From Terriglobia bacterium (GTDB lineage Bacteria > Acidobacteriota > Terriglobia > 20CM-2-55-15): DNA of 64,000 bases. The stretch is taken from NCBI GenBank assembly GCA_965263045.1, contig CBDHGK010000022.1, positions 4,808-68,807 on the forward strand, in the 5' to 3' direction. Of this stretch, positions 47,414-57,026 are shown piece by piece (position 1 is the first letter of the stretch; each line of letters begins with the position of its first letter). Below the pieces are notes generated by a model. The model saw nothing but the letters and a program-made list of their open reading frames with translations. It was not told the DNA's origin and ran no database searches. The position numbers and the translations under genes were made by a program.

Positions 47414-47667
47414 AACAAAGTACCTTATTCTTTTGTTCGACGGCGAATATTCCAGTACCCACTTCGGTCGGACGCCTACACCCGGTGCCCGGAGCCCCCG
47501 CCGGAGGCCCCGTTCCCCATCGCCCACACCAGCCGACACCGCGGAGCGCAGCCGAGGGTCAAGGCCGGCGCAGCCGCCGAGCTTGCGAGGGAAGCCTTGA
47601 GGCTTGGCGAGCACCGTGGTCTCCTCAAGCGGCGATGGAAGACGGTTTTACCCACAAATTCTGCGGA
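47363..47667 (+). mobile_element. MITE copy B
   Basis: TCCGCAGAATTTGTGGG at 47363 and CCCACAAATTCTGCGGA at 47651. About 99% identical to copies A and C. Confidence 0.75.
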
Positions 47668-47763
47668 AGACCCAAAAAGTTCAACGTGCCCGAAAGAAGC
47701 CCGATAAGTTACAGTCTGTTTGACGGGGACCACTAGGTCTGCGCCGAAGCGGTCCAGGACGAC

Positions 47764-48424
47764 TTACAGGCGATGGCAGAACGCTGTGTCCTCGATCATG
47801 TAGAAAGATTCATCTGAAGGCCGGGCTCTGAGCACTCTGACCTCCTCATCGTAGGGCTCCAGCAGCGATTCAAGGACACCGGTTGGGTCCAACTGATACT
47901 CACAGCCCAAGACGACCTCACGAAGCACCATCTTCTCTTCGAAGTTTTTGAAATAGTTGCCATCTTCATCTTCTTCTTTTGTATCCAAACCGACAAAGAC
48001 TCGACACTCGGCTTCATATTCCCAGCCATGGAACTTTGTGAATAGCAATTTCTTTGCCCATTGCAGGGCGGTCTCTTCATCCTCATTCCGATCGCTCGGT
48101 AAGCGCTCCCGCTTTTTCACGTAGCGAACCTTATCTGCGACATCATCCGGCAGATCGAAATCGAGACAAATTCCATTGTGATTGTCAGCGTAGTGCGCCC
48201 ACAACACCGGATTCGACCACTTGAACGAGAAACACAACAGACCTATGCCGCGACCGGAAAGTAGTTCTGTCCGCGCATGGATCTGAGCGTCTGGCCGTTC
48301 TTTGTCTGTGAAATCGTACGGCAGTAGATCGAAAGGGTCATTGAGATCACAGATCCTGGAAATCTTGATGTTCTGATTCTTGATGGCGTCAAGATCCCAT
48401 TTGGAGGGAAGAAATTTAGCCTCC
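47764..48424 (-). pseudogene. DUF2971-like protein, 5' end disrupted by MITE copy C (low-GC gene)
   Basis: ...GLLCFSFKWSNPVLWAHYADNHNGICLDFD is the DUF2971 hallmark (S......mWs.Ya..h.G.c). The N-terminal 21 residues of the ORF derive from the MITE. Confidence 0.55.
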
Positions 48425-48729
48425 TCCGCAGAATTTGTGGGCAGTCCAAAGGCCTGTGCGCACATAAGTAATTGAAACAAAGTACCTTATTCTTTTGTTC
48501 GACGGCGAATATTCCAGTACCCACTTCGGTCGGACGCCTACACCCGGTGCCCGGAGCCCCCGCCGGAGGCCCCGTTCCCCATCGCCCACACCAGCCGACA
48601 CCGCGGAGCGCAGCCGAGGGTCAAGGCCGGCGCAGCCGCCGAGCTTGCGAGGGAAGCCTTGAGGCTTGGCGAGCACCGTGGTCTCCTCAAGCGGCGATGG
48701 AAGACGGTTTTACCCACAAATTCTGCGGA
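48425..48729 (+). mobile_element. MITE copy C
   Basis: Same TIRs as above (48425 and 48713). Confidence 0.75.
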
Positions 48730-48924
48730 AGACCCGAAATTTATATACGCGTGCCATTTGATTCTCCATTGATCGATCGTCAGCGGCATGTGTAGCCGTT
48801 CGCGTCCACACCTTCGCCCCTGCACTTCCGGCATTCATACGAGAGTGTCATCTCAAAGCCTCCTCGATCCGGTCCCAATCCCTCAGACACCGCAGTCCGC
48901 GAAAACTCCTGTTATTGAACTGAC

Positions 48925-49236
48925 TCAACTCTCGGTGGCGGTATTCGGCCGGGGGGCCAGGTCGAACAGCGCCCGGTCGCGGGGGTGTTCGAGAAATGCA
49001 TCCAGTTGTTTGAGCATGAAATCCTTGTTTTCGGGGTGCTGATCGGCGAGCCGGAGCATCATAGCGCCGACGAGGATCTTGCGGTGGGTGTCTGTTTTTC
49101 TTTCGCGGGCTGAGAGACGAGAGCGGACGCGCCGGGTTCGAGCGTTCAGTTTGGTTTTCCTTGCGTCCAGTTCGGATTGCAGTGTTTCCCGTTCTTGCTT
49201 CAATTGTTCTAACTGCTGTTCCTGTGTCAGTCTCAT
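48925..49236 (-). CDS. TraD/MobC-like small conjugal-transfer (relaxosome accessory) protein, 103 aa
   Basis: Coiled-coil N-terminus plus ARERKTDTHRKILVGAMML, which matches the RKRDTRRKIxLGG signature of Ti-plasmid TraD-type proteins. Confidence 0.45.
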   Translation of the reverse strand: MRLTQEQQLEQLKQERETLQSELDARKTKLNARTRRVRSRLSARERKTDTHRKILVGAMMLRLADQHPENKDFMLKQLDAFLEHPRDRALFDLAPRPNTATES

Positions 49237-49447
49237 GGTCAGAGCCGTAGTTTGCCCTTCTCTGGCCCTGTATTGACTCTTGTAAGTGTTTGAATCTTTG
49301 CGGAAAGTCAGTGGGATATCTGCTGAGCATCAAGCTCCGGGGGCCATATCGGAAACGAAGGGAGTTTTATGAAGGAAACAGACTACCGTCAACGCTTGGA
49401 AAACCATGATTACCAAGAAAACACCATTACGGCGCAGATCCACAGGG

Positions 49448-49870
49448 TCAGGCGTGTTGAGGAATTTCACGGCGACCTCGACAAGGATTACTGAACCGCC
49501 CCGGGTTTTCTGGAGACAGTTTTAGCAAGAGCCCCGCCTCGACGAGGCGGGACTCTTGCTGCTGATAGTACATCTGTTCGAATTCGGCCGGTGGTATGTC
49601 GCCAATCGGTTCCAGGAGTCGCTGCTCGTTGAACCAGGACACCCAGTCGAGAGTGGCGAACTCGACAGCGTCGACTCCCTTCCACGGGCCGTCCTTTCGA
49701 ATGACCTCGGTCTTGTACAGGCCGATCACCGATTCGGCCAGCGCGTTGTCATAGGAATCGCCCTGGCTTCCAACCGAGGGCTCGATCCCCGGATTCGGAG
49801 AGCCGCTCCAGGTGGCCACATCACTCAGATCCGCGACCCAGAGCTGATTCGGACGTGTGGCCGTGAACGT
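49448..49870 (-). pseudogene. IS3-family orfB C-terminal remnant with its right-end IR
   Basis: ...[74 protein letters not shown], followed by IR TGAACCGCCCCGGGTTTTCTGGAGAC at 49495-49520. No orfA or 5' part. Confidence 0.7.
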
Positions 49871-49935
49871 GCAACCTTCGTGTGCACGTAATAATCTAAA
49901 AAAAGAGAGGCCAAATCGAATAGGCCGGGCTAAAG

Positions 49936-50376
49936 ATGTGGGACATAGAAATGGGATTGGACTGTCCGTTCTGTAGAAAGATTGGATCCGGTGACGTGTT
50001 GTTTGCAAACGGCATGGCCGTCGCTATTCCAGATGGTTTTTCACTTAATCCCGGTCATGCCTTGGTGGTTCCAAAACGTCACGTTCGTGACTTCTTTGAT
50101 CTGTCTCAGACTGAACAGGAAGGTATCTGGTCTCTCGTACCGCTTGTGCCTTCTCAGATCGATGAGCAGCACTCACCTTCCGGATATAACATCGGCCTCA
50201 ACATTGGAGAAAGCGCGGGTCAGACAGTGGATCATGCGCATTTGCACATTATTCCACGTTATAAGGGCGACGTTTCTGATCCTCGTGGCGGTGTGAGGTG
50301 GATTTTACCGGAGCGAGCAGCGTACTGGCTAAAGAATCGTGAAGCCGGCAGCAGAAGAACAGATCCAGTTTCTTAA
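49936..50376 (+). CDS. HIT-family (histidine triad) nucleotide hydrolase/transferase, 146 aa, low GC
   Basis: CPFCRKI...GHALVVPKRHVRDFFDL...DHAHLHIIPR contains the HxHxHxx histidine triad and the upstream Zn-binding CxxC. Confidence 0.7.
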   Translation: MWDIEMGLDCPFCRKIGSGDVLFANGMAVAIPDGFSLNPGHALVVPKRHVRDFFDLSQTEQEGIWSLVPLVPSQIDEQHSPSGYNIGLNIGESAGQTVDHAHLHIIPRYKGDVSDPRGGVRWILPERAAYWLKNREAGSRRTDPVS

Positions 50377-51394
50377 GAACCTGCAGCGACTGCTAAATGA
50401 GGGGCAGTTCGTTGCAACCTACAAATATGCTCTTCTATTGGCTCTTGCCGATCTTTCCGTTGAAGAGGGCGATGATTCAGGCGATGCCTGGGAAATAGAC
50501 ACTCGTCTTATTGCCGGGAAGTTCGTTCGCTATTACTGGCGGCAGTGCATCCCATACATACGCGAGGGGACCGGGTCAGGTGAAGTCTTGAAGCAGAACA
50601 CTGGCAAGATGTCTGCCATTATCCGTTCTGTTTCCGAAGTCCGTGGCGCTCAGAACTCGATCGCGCTTGCGGCACGGGACCAAGCCAATTGGAAGCACCT
50701 GGTTGGAGACGTGAACCAAGTCGTGCGAAGAATGCCTCTTTGGAAGTTGCAGACCATTGGGGGAACGCAGTTGGATTTCCTTTACGAGAATCGACAAGGA
50801 GGGGGAACAATCGAGCTTCGGCCAGGGGTAGCGTATTGCCTTCGTCAGTTCTATGACCTAGTAACGGAACTGGTTCGTCACCACTGGATCCTCTACATTC
50901 GACGTCACAACGCCAGAACTCTTGGAACGACATCAGACCTGTCTGAGTTTCTATTCGGTGGTGAACGTGGAAGATTGGGGGCTGTCCAGCCTGTGCTCAA
51001 CGAATTGCAGAAGGCTTGCTGCTTCTACTGCTTACGACCCCTTCGACAGGACGCGTCACACGTCGATCACTTCATTGCCTGGTCCCGGTATCCAGTCGAT
51101 CTAGGGCATAACTTCGTTTTGGCACATCAGGTGTGCAATTCAGCAAAGGCAGACCACCTTGCTGCTGTGGAATACCTTTCGAAATGGTCGGAACGGAACC
51201 AAGAATTCGGCACGCTGCTTAGCAAGGAGTTTGATCGAGTCAGCATCACTCACGACTTGCCTGTTTCGACACGCATCGCGCTCTGGGCGTATGAACAGGC
51301 AGATGCAGTGGGAGGTTTGACTTGGGTTAAGGGAAAGGCACTTGTTCCGTTGGAGTCAGACTGGGGACAAGCATTGAAGACCATGGCGCGTTGA
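50339..51394 (+). CDS. HNH endonuclease-domain protein with a ~250-aa unknown N-terminal domain (351 aa, GTG start, overlaps the HIT gene by 38 nt)
   Basis: C-terminal CCFYCLRPLRQDASHVDHFIAWSRYPVDLGHNFVLAHQVCNSAKADH is a complete HNH motif (CxxC...HxDH...N...HxxCNxxK). Confidence 0.65.
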   Translation: MKPAAEEQIQFLKNLQRLLNEGQFVATYKYALLLALADLSVEEGDDSGDAWEIDTRLIAGKFVRYYWRQCIPYIREGTGSGEVLKQNTGKMSAIIRSVSEVRGAQNSIALAARDQANWKHLVGDVNQVVRRMPLWKLQTIGGTQLDFLYENRQGGGTIELRPGVAYCLRQFYDLVTELVRHHWILYIRRHNARTLGTTSDLSEFLFGGERGRLGAVQPVLNELQKACCFYCLRPLRQDASHVDHFIAWSRYPVDLGHNFVLAHQVCNSAKADHLAAVEYLSKWSERNQEFGTLLSKEFDRVSITHDLPVSTRIALWAYEQADAVGGLTWVKGKALVPLESDWGQALKTMAR

Positions 51395-51602
51395 CACTGG
51401 CGACGGTACTCGCTTTGACAACGTAAAAAGAGCCCACCCCGATCGAGTAAAAAGGACCCACACACCAGGTTAATGGTTTGTAAGTAAATCCGCGGCACCC
51501 GTACGATTCGGTTCCCGTCTCGATGATGCGGGCACGACCGGTGATCCGATACACTCTCGCGGACAGGAGGAATACGACTATGCGTATATTCTTATCGGCT
51601 TA

Positions 51603-51881
51603 TCATCTCTTGCTCTTGATGCCGTAGGTTTGCTCGATGGCATCGAGCACCATCGTTAGCATCGTTTTATCTTCCTCAACCGACCGGGCCTTCAAGGCTT
51701 TATGAATGGACTTCGGGAAGTTGTAGGTGGCTCGGATAGTGCCTTCAGGTGGAATCCCTTTTCTCCGTCTGATCGCCGGGGCGCTGTCGGGCCCTTTCGC
51801 CGTCACGGCACCTCCGATGAACGAGTTCTCATCAAAATTAGGCTTCTTTGGTGTTTTCATCGACATGGAGTCCAAGTTCAC
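51603..51881 (-). CDS. parG: ParG-like ribbon-helix-helix partition protein
   Basis: Basic disordered N-terminus plus RHH core [34 protein letters not shown]. Overlaps the 3' end of parA. Confidence 0.6.
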   Translation of the reverse strand: MNLDSMSMKTPKKPNFDENSFIGGAVTAKGPDSAPAIRRRKGIPPEGTIRATYNFPKSIHKALKARSVEEDKTMLTMVLDAIEQTYGIKSKR

Positions 51882-52500
51882 GTGCTAGTTGAGAAAGTTC
51901 TTGGGCGGCCTTGCCTGCCGGTTCCCACTCCCCTACTCCCATGCCCTCGCCAATGGATCGAGGCCATGCGGTGCGATTCTGGAGTACGGTGACCATCAGG
52001 ACGATACTCCGTTCCTTGAGTCCAACTTGCAGGCTCTGTAGAGCCTCCTTAGCGATGATAGTCGGAGTGGCTTGGTTCAGCACGACACGCGTATCGACAG
52101 GCCGACCGGGCGTCAATTCGTCAATGACGCTAAAGACGTCCTCGGCCGCCCAGGCATCGAAAACGGATGGCACCATCGGAATGAGAATGGTGTCAGCAGC
52201 GACCAAGGCGCTTCGGAACACAGGTGCATCACGGCCTCCAACATCGATGAAGACGTACTCATAGGGCGTCGCGAGTTCCGGGAGTTGTTTATGGATGATT
52301 GGCTGGGAGATCTGGATACCGGTGAACGTGGGCAGAGAATCGTCTCTAGCGTTGAGGAACTGCAGGCTGCTGGCCTGAGGGTCAGCGTCAACCAAAAGCA
52401 CCCTGTGGCCTTGTGAGGCAGTCAGGACAGCGAGATTCACGGTCAGGGTGGACTTCCCGACCCCTCCCTTGGTATTCGCAACTGCGAAAATATGCGGCAT
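51838..52500 (-). CDS. parA: ParA/ParF-type partition ATPase (220 aa)
   Basis: Deviant Walker [25 protein letters not shown] and a [11 protein letters not shown] motif. Confidence 0.8.
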   Translation of the reverse strand: MPHIFAVANTKGGVGKSTLTVNLAVLTASQGHRVLLVDADPQASSLQFLNARDDSLPTFTGIQISQPIIHKQLPELATPYEYVFIDVGGRDAPVFRSALVAADTILIPMVPSVFDAWAAEDVFSVIDELTPGRPVDTRVVLNQATPTIIAKEALQSLQVGLKERSIVLMVTVLQNRTAWPRSIGEGMGVGEWEPAGKAAQELSQLARELGLHVDENTKEA

Positions 52501-52609
52501 AAGAAGATAAGTCTAATCGTATGAGCTTATTCTAAGAACCTCCCGGTGAAGAAGTCAAGACCGACCACCCCTAATAAGACAATACGACGATAAGATTGTC
52601 GGGGGTGCT

Positions 52610-52745
52610 ATCGCTCGAGATCTACAGGGTTCCTTGATGTGTGAAAAAGTGCCGTGATTACAACAGCATCGCTCTCGACCGTGTAAACCACCACGAAGGG
52701 GAACTTCCGCATTAGTGCACGGCGCGAGCCATCAGCATACTCCTG
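52610..52745 (-). pseudogene. ParE/RelE toxin C-terminal fragment, separated from its N-terminus by IS21
   Basis: ...RRALMRKFPFVVVYTVESDAVVITALFHTSRNPVDLER matches the ParE C-terminal pattern (YrV..d.v.Il.v.H..R.p). Confidence 0.55.
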
Positions 52746-53146
52746 CGTGCGTATTCCGCTGATCGTGATCACCAGTTCCGGGATCATGATCAGTGATTCC
52801 GGGCATCGTGATCACCCGCCGTAGCGAAGTGAGGGTTAGGATCTCAGTTTAGACCTCCCGAAGTCCACGATTCTTGTTTTGAATGCTTCCATAATCTTGA
52901 TATTCATCGCCGGGCCTGTGTGTAAATGTGGGAAAGCCGCAGGCTTTTCCAGGGCTGTGGGAATCCACGTTTTTTGTGGATTTCCATAGCCCATCATTTT
53001 CCACAGGCCACTGGTTTGTTTTTTAGGTTCTTTCTCATTCTTCGTCCCGTCCTTACTGAATTCCTGAAAATCCTTCGCGCCAGGATCGCGTATCCGCGAC
53101 GATCGGACGCCAGTCCGAGTTGGACTACCTCGTCGCCAGGTGGGGT

Positions 53147-53908
53147 TCATGCCGGCTCCTTGGAAGAGGGTTTCGGGGCAGCCTTGGTTTGTCTCATGGA
53201 TCGTCCCTTCAGTTCGATGCGATGCGCGTTGTGGAGGAGGCGATCGCAGATGGCGTCGGCCTGGTTCGGGTCGCCGATGACGCCGTGCCAGTCGGCGACC
53301 GGGAGCTGGCTGGCGATCAAGATGGCGGAGCGTTCGCTCCGTTCCTCGACGACTTCGATCAAGTCCCGGCGTTCGGCATCGCGTAGCGGGGCCAGGAGCC
53401 AGTCGTCGATGGCCAGCAGATCGGTCTTGGCCAGCCGTGCCAGAACACGAGCGTAGGAGCCGTCGCCACGGCCGACCGCCAGTTGGTGCAAGAGCCGGGG
53501 CATTCGGACGTAGGCGGCATTGAAACCGCGCCGGCAGGCTCGTTCGACGAAAGCCGAAGCCAGAAAACTTTTCCCGATGCCGGTCGGACCGGAAATGATC
53601 AGATTGTGCCGGTCCCGGATCCACCCGCAGGAGCCCAGAGCGAGGACTTGGGAACGGTCCAGACTGCGACGATGTTTGAAGTCGACGTTTTCCAGCGATG
53701 CAGAGCTGTAGCGCAGCTTGGCCACGCGCAGACGCCGGGTGAGCTTACGGTGCTCCCGGGCCGTCCATTCTTCATCCACTAGAAGGCCCAGACGCTCCTC
53801 GAAACTCAGATCCGTGTACTGATTCGAGCGGCGTTGCTGCTCGAGGGCTTCGACCATGGCCGATAGCTTCATCTGGTTCATCTTCTCCAGGGTTTGTTCC
53901 ATTAGCAT
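53147..53908 (-). CDS. istB: IS21 IstB helper ATPase (253 aa)
   Basis: Walker A IISGPTGIGKSFLASA and Walker B DLLAIDDW; IstB-typical. Confidence 0.8.
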   Translation of the reverse strand: MLMEQTLEKMNQMKLSAMVEALEQQRRSNQYTDLSFEERLGLLVDEEWTAREHRKLTRRLRVAKLRYSSASLENVDFKHRRSLDRSQVLALGSCGWIRDRHNLIISGPTGIGKSFLASAFVERACRRGFNAAYVRMPRLLHQLAVGRGDGSYARVLARLAKTDLLAIDDWLLAPLRDAERRDLIEVVEERSERSAILIASQLPVADWHGVIGDPNQADAICDRLLHNAHRIELKGRSMRQTKAAPKPSSKEPA

Positions 53909-55475
53909 GTGTGCTCTCCTCTGGCTCCGCATAATAGGCGGCGCCGCGAATGTTGTCGTGATGGGGCGTGGGTAGGGTTTCGGAATCCTCGAACGGCAAA
54001 CGGTCCTGGGCCGAGGACAGGATGTTTTTGACGGTTCGGTAGCTATAGGACTGTAAGCGAAGTGCTCGGGCACTGGCGGCTTCGAGCCGCTGGGCGCCGT
54101 AGCGGCGTCCCAGGCTCATCAATCCCAGGCAGGAGCGGTACCCCTGCTCAGGATGGGGCCACCGTTTTATCATCTCCTCGGCCAGTCGGCCGGTCTGAGA
54201 GCCGGTTTTCTCCGCCCAACGGATCAGCCGGGATGGTGTCCATGCCGCATGGGCTCGATGGGAACTGGGCATATGTTCCGACAGAGTCGACGGTTGGTGA
54301 TCGTAGCGGCGAGGATGAGAGGCGACGCGCCGGCCTTTGTGGTAGACCTCGACAATCGAGGCGGTGTAACGCGCTTCCAGGGTTTCCTGGATCAACTGGT
54401 AGGGCACGCTGTAGGGATGGTGATCCACGGTCACGTGGTAGTCGATATTGGCACGACAGCCCTTCCACTCGGCCTGTTCATACCGATCGGTCGGTAGTGG
54501 CTGTAGGGCCGGTCGATCCAGCCTTTCGTAGAGTTCCAGGCGGGACACGCGAAGCTTCTGCATCGGCCGCTGGTTCAGTTCCAACAGCAATTTTCGAATC
54601 GCCCCGTTCAAGTCCGCCAGACTGAAGAACGTGTGATTCCGGATTCTGGCCAGGAGCCAACGCTGTGCCAGAAGGACCGTGGCTTCGATTTTTGCTTTGT
54701 CTTTGGGTTTCCGAGGCCGGGCCGGAATGACAACGGCGCCGTAATGTTCTGCCTCATCCTGGTAGGTGCGATTCACTCCTGCTTCGTAGCGGCAGGACAG
54801 GGTAATGGCACTCTTGAGTTGATCGGGAACCCAGATCCGGCTCGATCCGCCGAAGAACTCCACCATGCGAATATGTACGCCGATCCAGTCGGCGAGTTTC
54901 TGGCTCGGTGTCGCTTCGGCGTAGGTATAACCGCTGGCGCCCAGCGCGGCCACGAACAACTCGACTGGTTTAGTTGTGCCCGTCCGCGGATCCGTCAGTT
55001 CTGGCCGTTTGCCGGAAAAGTCGATGAAGGTCTTCTCGCCGGCGCGGTGCACCTGCCGCATCGAGGGCTTCAGTTTCTGGGCCCACCGCCCGTAGATCAC
55101 ACAGAACTGGCTGTAGGCATATCCCTTTGGATTCGCTTCCCGGTACTCTTCCCAGAGCAGGTGGAGGGTGACTCCAACACGCTTCAACTCCTGGTGGATC
55201 CGCTCGACATCTGGAACCACCCGTTCCCGGGAGCCCGGTCCCGCGCTGGAAAACAGCCGCGCTTCAAGCGCGGCCTCGTCCAGTTCCTCAGGCAGCGGCC
55301 ATTCCAACCCTGCACGTGCCGCCCGTCGGACGTACTCCGAAACCGTCCCTACTCCCACTCGGCAGGCTCGGGCGATGGCCCGGTGGCTGAGTTTCTGTTC
55401 GTGTTTGAGTCGTAGAATCTCGCGTAACTGTCTCATCGATAGCCGTCTTGTTCCCATCAAGTTCTCCTTTTTCAA
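53772..55475 (-). CDS. istA: IS21 IstA transposase (HTH plus DDE)
   Basis: N-terminal HTH (LSMRQLREILRLKHEQKLSHRAIARACRVGVGTV), and an integrase-core DDE region. The exact start is probably an internal Met (55457 or 55439). Confidence 0.75.
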   Translation of the reverse strand: MKKENLMGTRRLSMRQLREILRLKHEQKLSHRAIARACRVGVGTVSEYVRRAARAGLEWPLPEELDEAALEARLFSSAGPGSRERVVPDVERIHQELKRVGVTLHLLWEEYREANPKGYAYSQFCVIYGRWAQKLKPSMRQVHRAGEKTFIDFSGKRPELTDPRTGTTKPVELFVAALGASGYTYAEATPSQKLADWIGVHIRMVEFFGGSSRIWVPDQLKSAITLSCRYEAGVNRTYQDEAEHYGAVVIPARPRKPKDKAKIEATVLLAQRWLLARIRNHTFFSLADLNGAIRKLLLELNQRPMQKLRVSRLELYERLDRPALQPLPTDRYEQAEWKGCRANIDYHVTVDHHPYSVPYQLIQETLEARYTASIVEVYHKGRRVASHPRRYDHQPSTLSEHMPSSHRAHAAWTPSRLIRWAEKTGSQTGRLAEEMIKRWPHPEQGYRSCLGLMSLGRRYGAQRLEAASARALRLQSYSYRTVKNILSSAQDRLPFEDSETLPTPHHDNIRGAAYYAEPEESTHANGTNPGEDEPDEAIGHGRSPRAATPLESVHGSEFRGASGPSSG

Positions 55476-55489
55476 GGAAGAACCTAACA

Positions 55490-55680
55490 GGTCTAAACTT
55501 CGCTACCGACGGGTGATCATGATCGCCGGAATCGGTGATCATGATGCCCGGAATCACTGATCATGATCCCGGAATCAGTGATCACGATGCCCGGAATCAC
55601 TGATCATGATCCCGGAATCGGTGATCACGTTAAATCGGAATCAGTGATCACGATCGTCCGGAATACGCACCTGCGCGAAA
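55490..55680. repeat. Tandem array (about 8 units of ~22 bp, cggaatcRGTGATCAyGATscc) forming the expanded left end of IS21
   Basis: Directly visible: ggtgatcatgatcgccggaatcggtgatcatgatgcccggaatcactgatcatgatcccggaatcagtgatcacgatgcccggaatcactgatcatgatcccggaatcggtgatcacg... Confidence 0.8.
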
Positions 55681-55806
55681 GAAGGGAAATCGACGATGTT
55701 ATTGACCAGATACTCAAGATGGGCAAGGAAGGAAAGGCCCAGGCCGTCTCTCTGCTCCTGATACCAGCGGAAAGCGGCGGCCCTCTCGTCGAGAGCCTCC
55801 TCGGTA
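55677..55806 (-). pseudogene. ParE/RelE toxin N-terminal fragment (cut by the IS21 left end)
   Basis: MRLFYTEEALDERAAAFRWYQEQRDGLGLSFLAHLEYLVNNIVDFPSFAQVRIPD, then runs into the IS21 repeats (DRDH stop). Confidence 0.55.
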
Positions 55807-55816
55807 TAGAACAGCC

Positions 55817-56041
55817 TCATCCGGTCACGAGTTGTTTCAACCTGATCAGGGCACCTTCTTCGGAGACGAGAATACTCGGGTCGGCCCGGTAGGCCTTGAT
55901 ACGTCTAGTGACTTCCATCTCCTGCGGCTCGGTCAGAGAGGGAGTCGTGTTGTCGAGCAGGGTATGAGCTAACTCAATTTGGTCGGCTTCTGGAAGCGCT
56001 AGCGCCAGCTTTTGTATATCCGCTTTGGTCATCGCTTTCAT
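55817..56041 (-). CDS. Addiction-module antitoxin (TIGR02574-like putative addiction module component), about 75 aa
   Basis: MKAMTKADIQKLALALPEADQIELAHTLLDNTTPSLTEPQEMEVTRRIKAYRADPSILVSEEGALIRL. Immediately upstream of, and overlapping, the parE-like start. Confidence 0.55.
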   Translation of the reverse strand: MKAMTKADIQKLALALPEADQIELAHTLLDNTTPSLTEPQEMEVTRRIKAYRADPSILVSEEGALIRLKQLVTG

Positions 56042-56078
56042 CGTCACCTCTTTCAGTATACGGAAGTTCGGAAAAACG

Positions 56079-56485
56079 GGTTCTGGTGCAGATAGGCAAG
56101 GGACTTGGCGATAATGGGATATGGCGCATCGGAAAACTGAACGGAATCCTCTATTTGCTGGACGTTGGTTCGAAGACGACATCATTCTCCTCTGCCTTCG
56201 CTGGTATTTTCGCTTCAAACTGAGTTACCGAGACCTGGCCGAGATTTTACGTGAGCGGGGTTTATCGATTGCGACCGATGTTGGGATTCAAGACGTTCTA
56301 CAATGCGCGACGCGTCATTATCGGCATCGAACTGGCGCAGAAATTCACAAACACCAGTTCGCAATTCCGATCCCATGGCAGTCGAATCCCACGGTGATCT
56401 GGCGTCACGTCATGGCAGCATAGGCCGCATCTTCGTAGCGCACTCCTGGTCTTATCGCTCTGACAATCCTATCTGCACCAGAACC
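56079..56485 (+). mobile_element. Internally deleted IS6 subtype A derivative (407 bp, both IRs intact, tnp reduced to an in-frame N/C-terminal fusion)
   Basis: IRs ggttctggtgcaga (56079) and tctgcaccagaacc (56472). ORF 56121..56423 reads MAHRKTERNPLFAGRWFEDDIILLCLRWYFRFKLSYRDLAEILRERGLSI followed directly by the transposase C-terminus ...QFAIPIPWQSNPTVIWRHVMAA. Confidence 0.75.
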
Positions 56486-56537
56486 CGGGTGTTCTTCTAC
56501 GGCCCGGAGGGCGGGGAAGACTTGGAATAGAGAATCA

Positions 56538-56786
56538 ATGGACGACAATCAGGCTCAGAGCCAACCCACTGCGCTGGAGGCCATTCTCGCCGACACCGAG
56601 GCTATGGGGTTTCGCATGGCGTCCGTGCCGCGGTTGGGCGCGCTGCTGCGCGCGCTTGTGGCGTCAAAGCCGGGCGGACGATTCCTCAAGCTGGGAAGCG
56701 GCACGGTCCACGGGACCGCGTGTCTCCTCTCCGGGATGGACGCGGCGTCTCATCTCGATACCGTCGACAAGGCACTGTCAAGTTAA
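56538..56786 (+). pseudogene. Truncated SAM-dependent (O-)methyltransferase N-terminal fragment (82 aa)
   Basis: LLRALVASKPGGRFLKLGSGTVHGTACL resembles methyltransferase motif I (LExGTGxG). The ORF ends after about 80 aa. Confidence 0.3.
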
Positions 56787-57026
56787 CCGCAATTCACTCG
56801 TTTTCGACGCGAAATCAATTCTGACCAGCACGAACATCTCCCAACCGCCCTCGTCAATCGAGCCGCGCAACTGCCGCAGCTTCCGCATATCGGCCACCCG
56901 GTCCCAGTGCAGTGTCTCGAACGAGAACCGCCGCACAGCACGCGCGGACTCGCCGCCCCGCTTGAACTGGATGATGCGCACGGCCGGTTTATCGGCCTTG
57001 ATCGCCTCCGCCTCTTTGCTCAGGGT

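Larger units (their letters stand above)
52746..55685 (-). mobile_element. IS21-family insertion sequence (istA plus istB) with long multi-repeat ends, inserted into a parE-like toxin gene
   Basis: Both ends share ...gcgtattccg..gatcgtgatcac..ttccgggatcatgatcagtgattccgggcatcgtgatcac..gtagcgaagt..tagacct in inverted orientation. IstA and IstB are encoded in between. Confidence 0.8.

Noticed and set aside
47261-48834. ORFs 47261..47614, 47410..47736, 47476..47733, 48416..48676, 48472..48795, 48538..48834, 37463..37882 and 37678..38022 with identical peptides (MKQSTLFFCSTANIPVP..., MLAKPQGFPRKLGG...)
   Set aside because: All are generated by the three MITE copies, with the same sequence read in both directions. 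They are non-coding palindromic GC-rich cores.
55490-55680. Possible CRISPR-like array (regular ~22-bp repeats)
   Set aside because: There are no unique spacers. The units are directly adjacent, imperfect, and homologous to the opposite IS21 terminus. They are the IS21 multi-repeat end.
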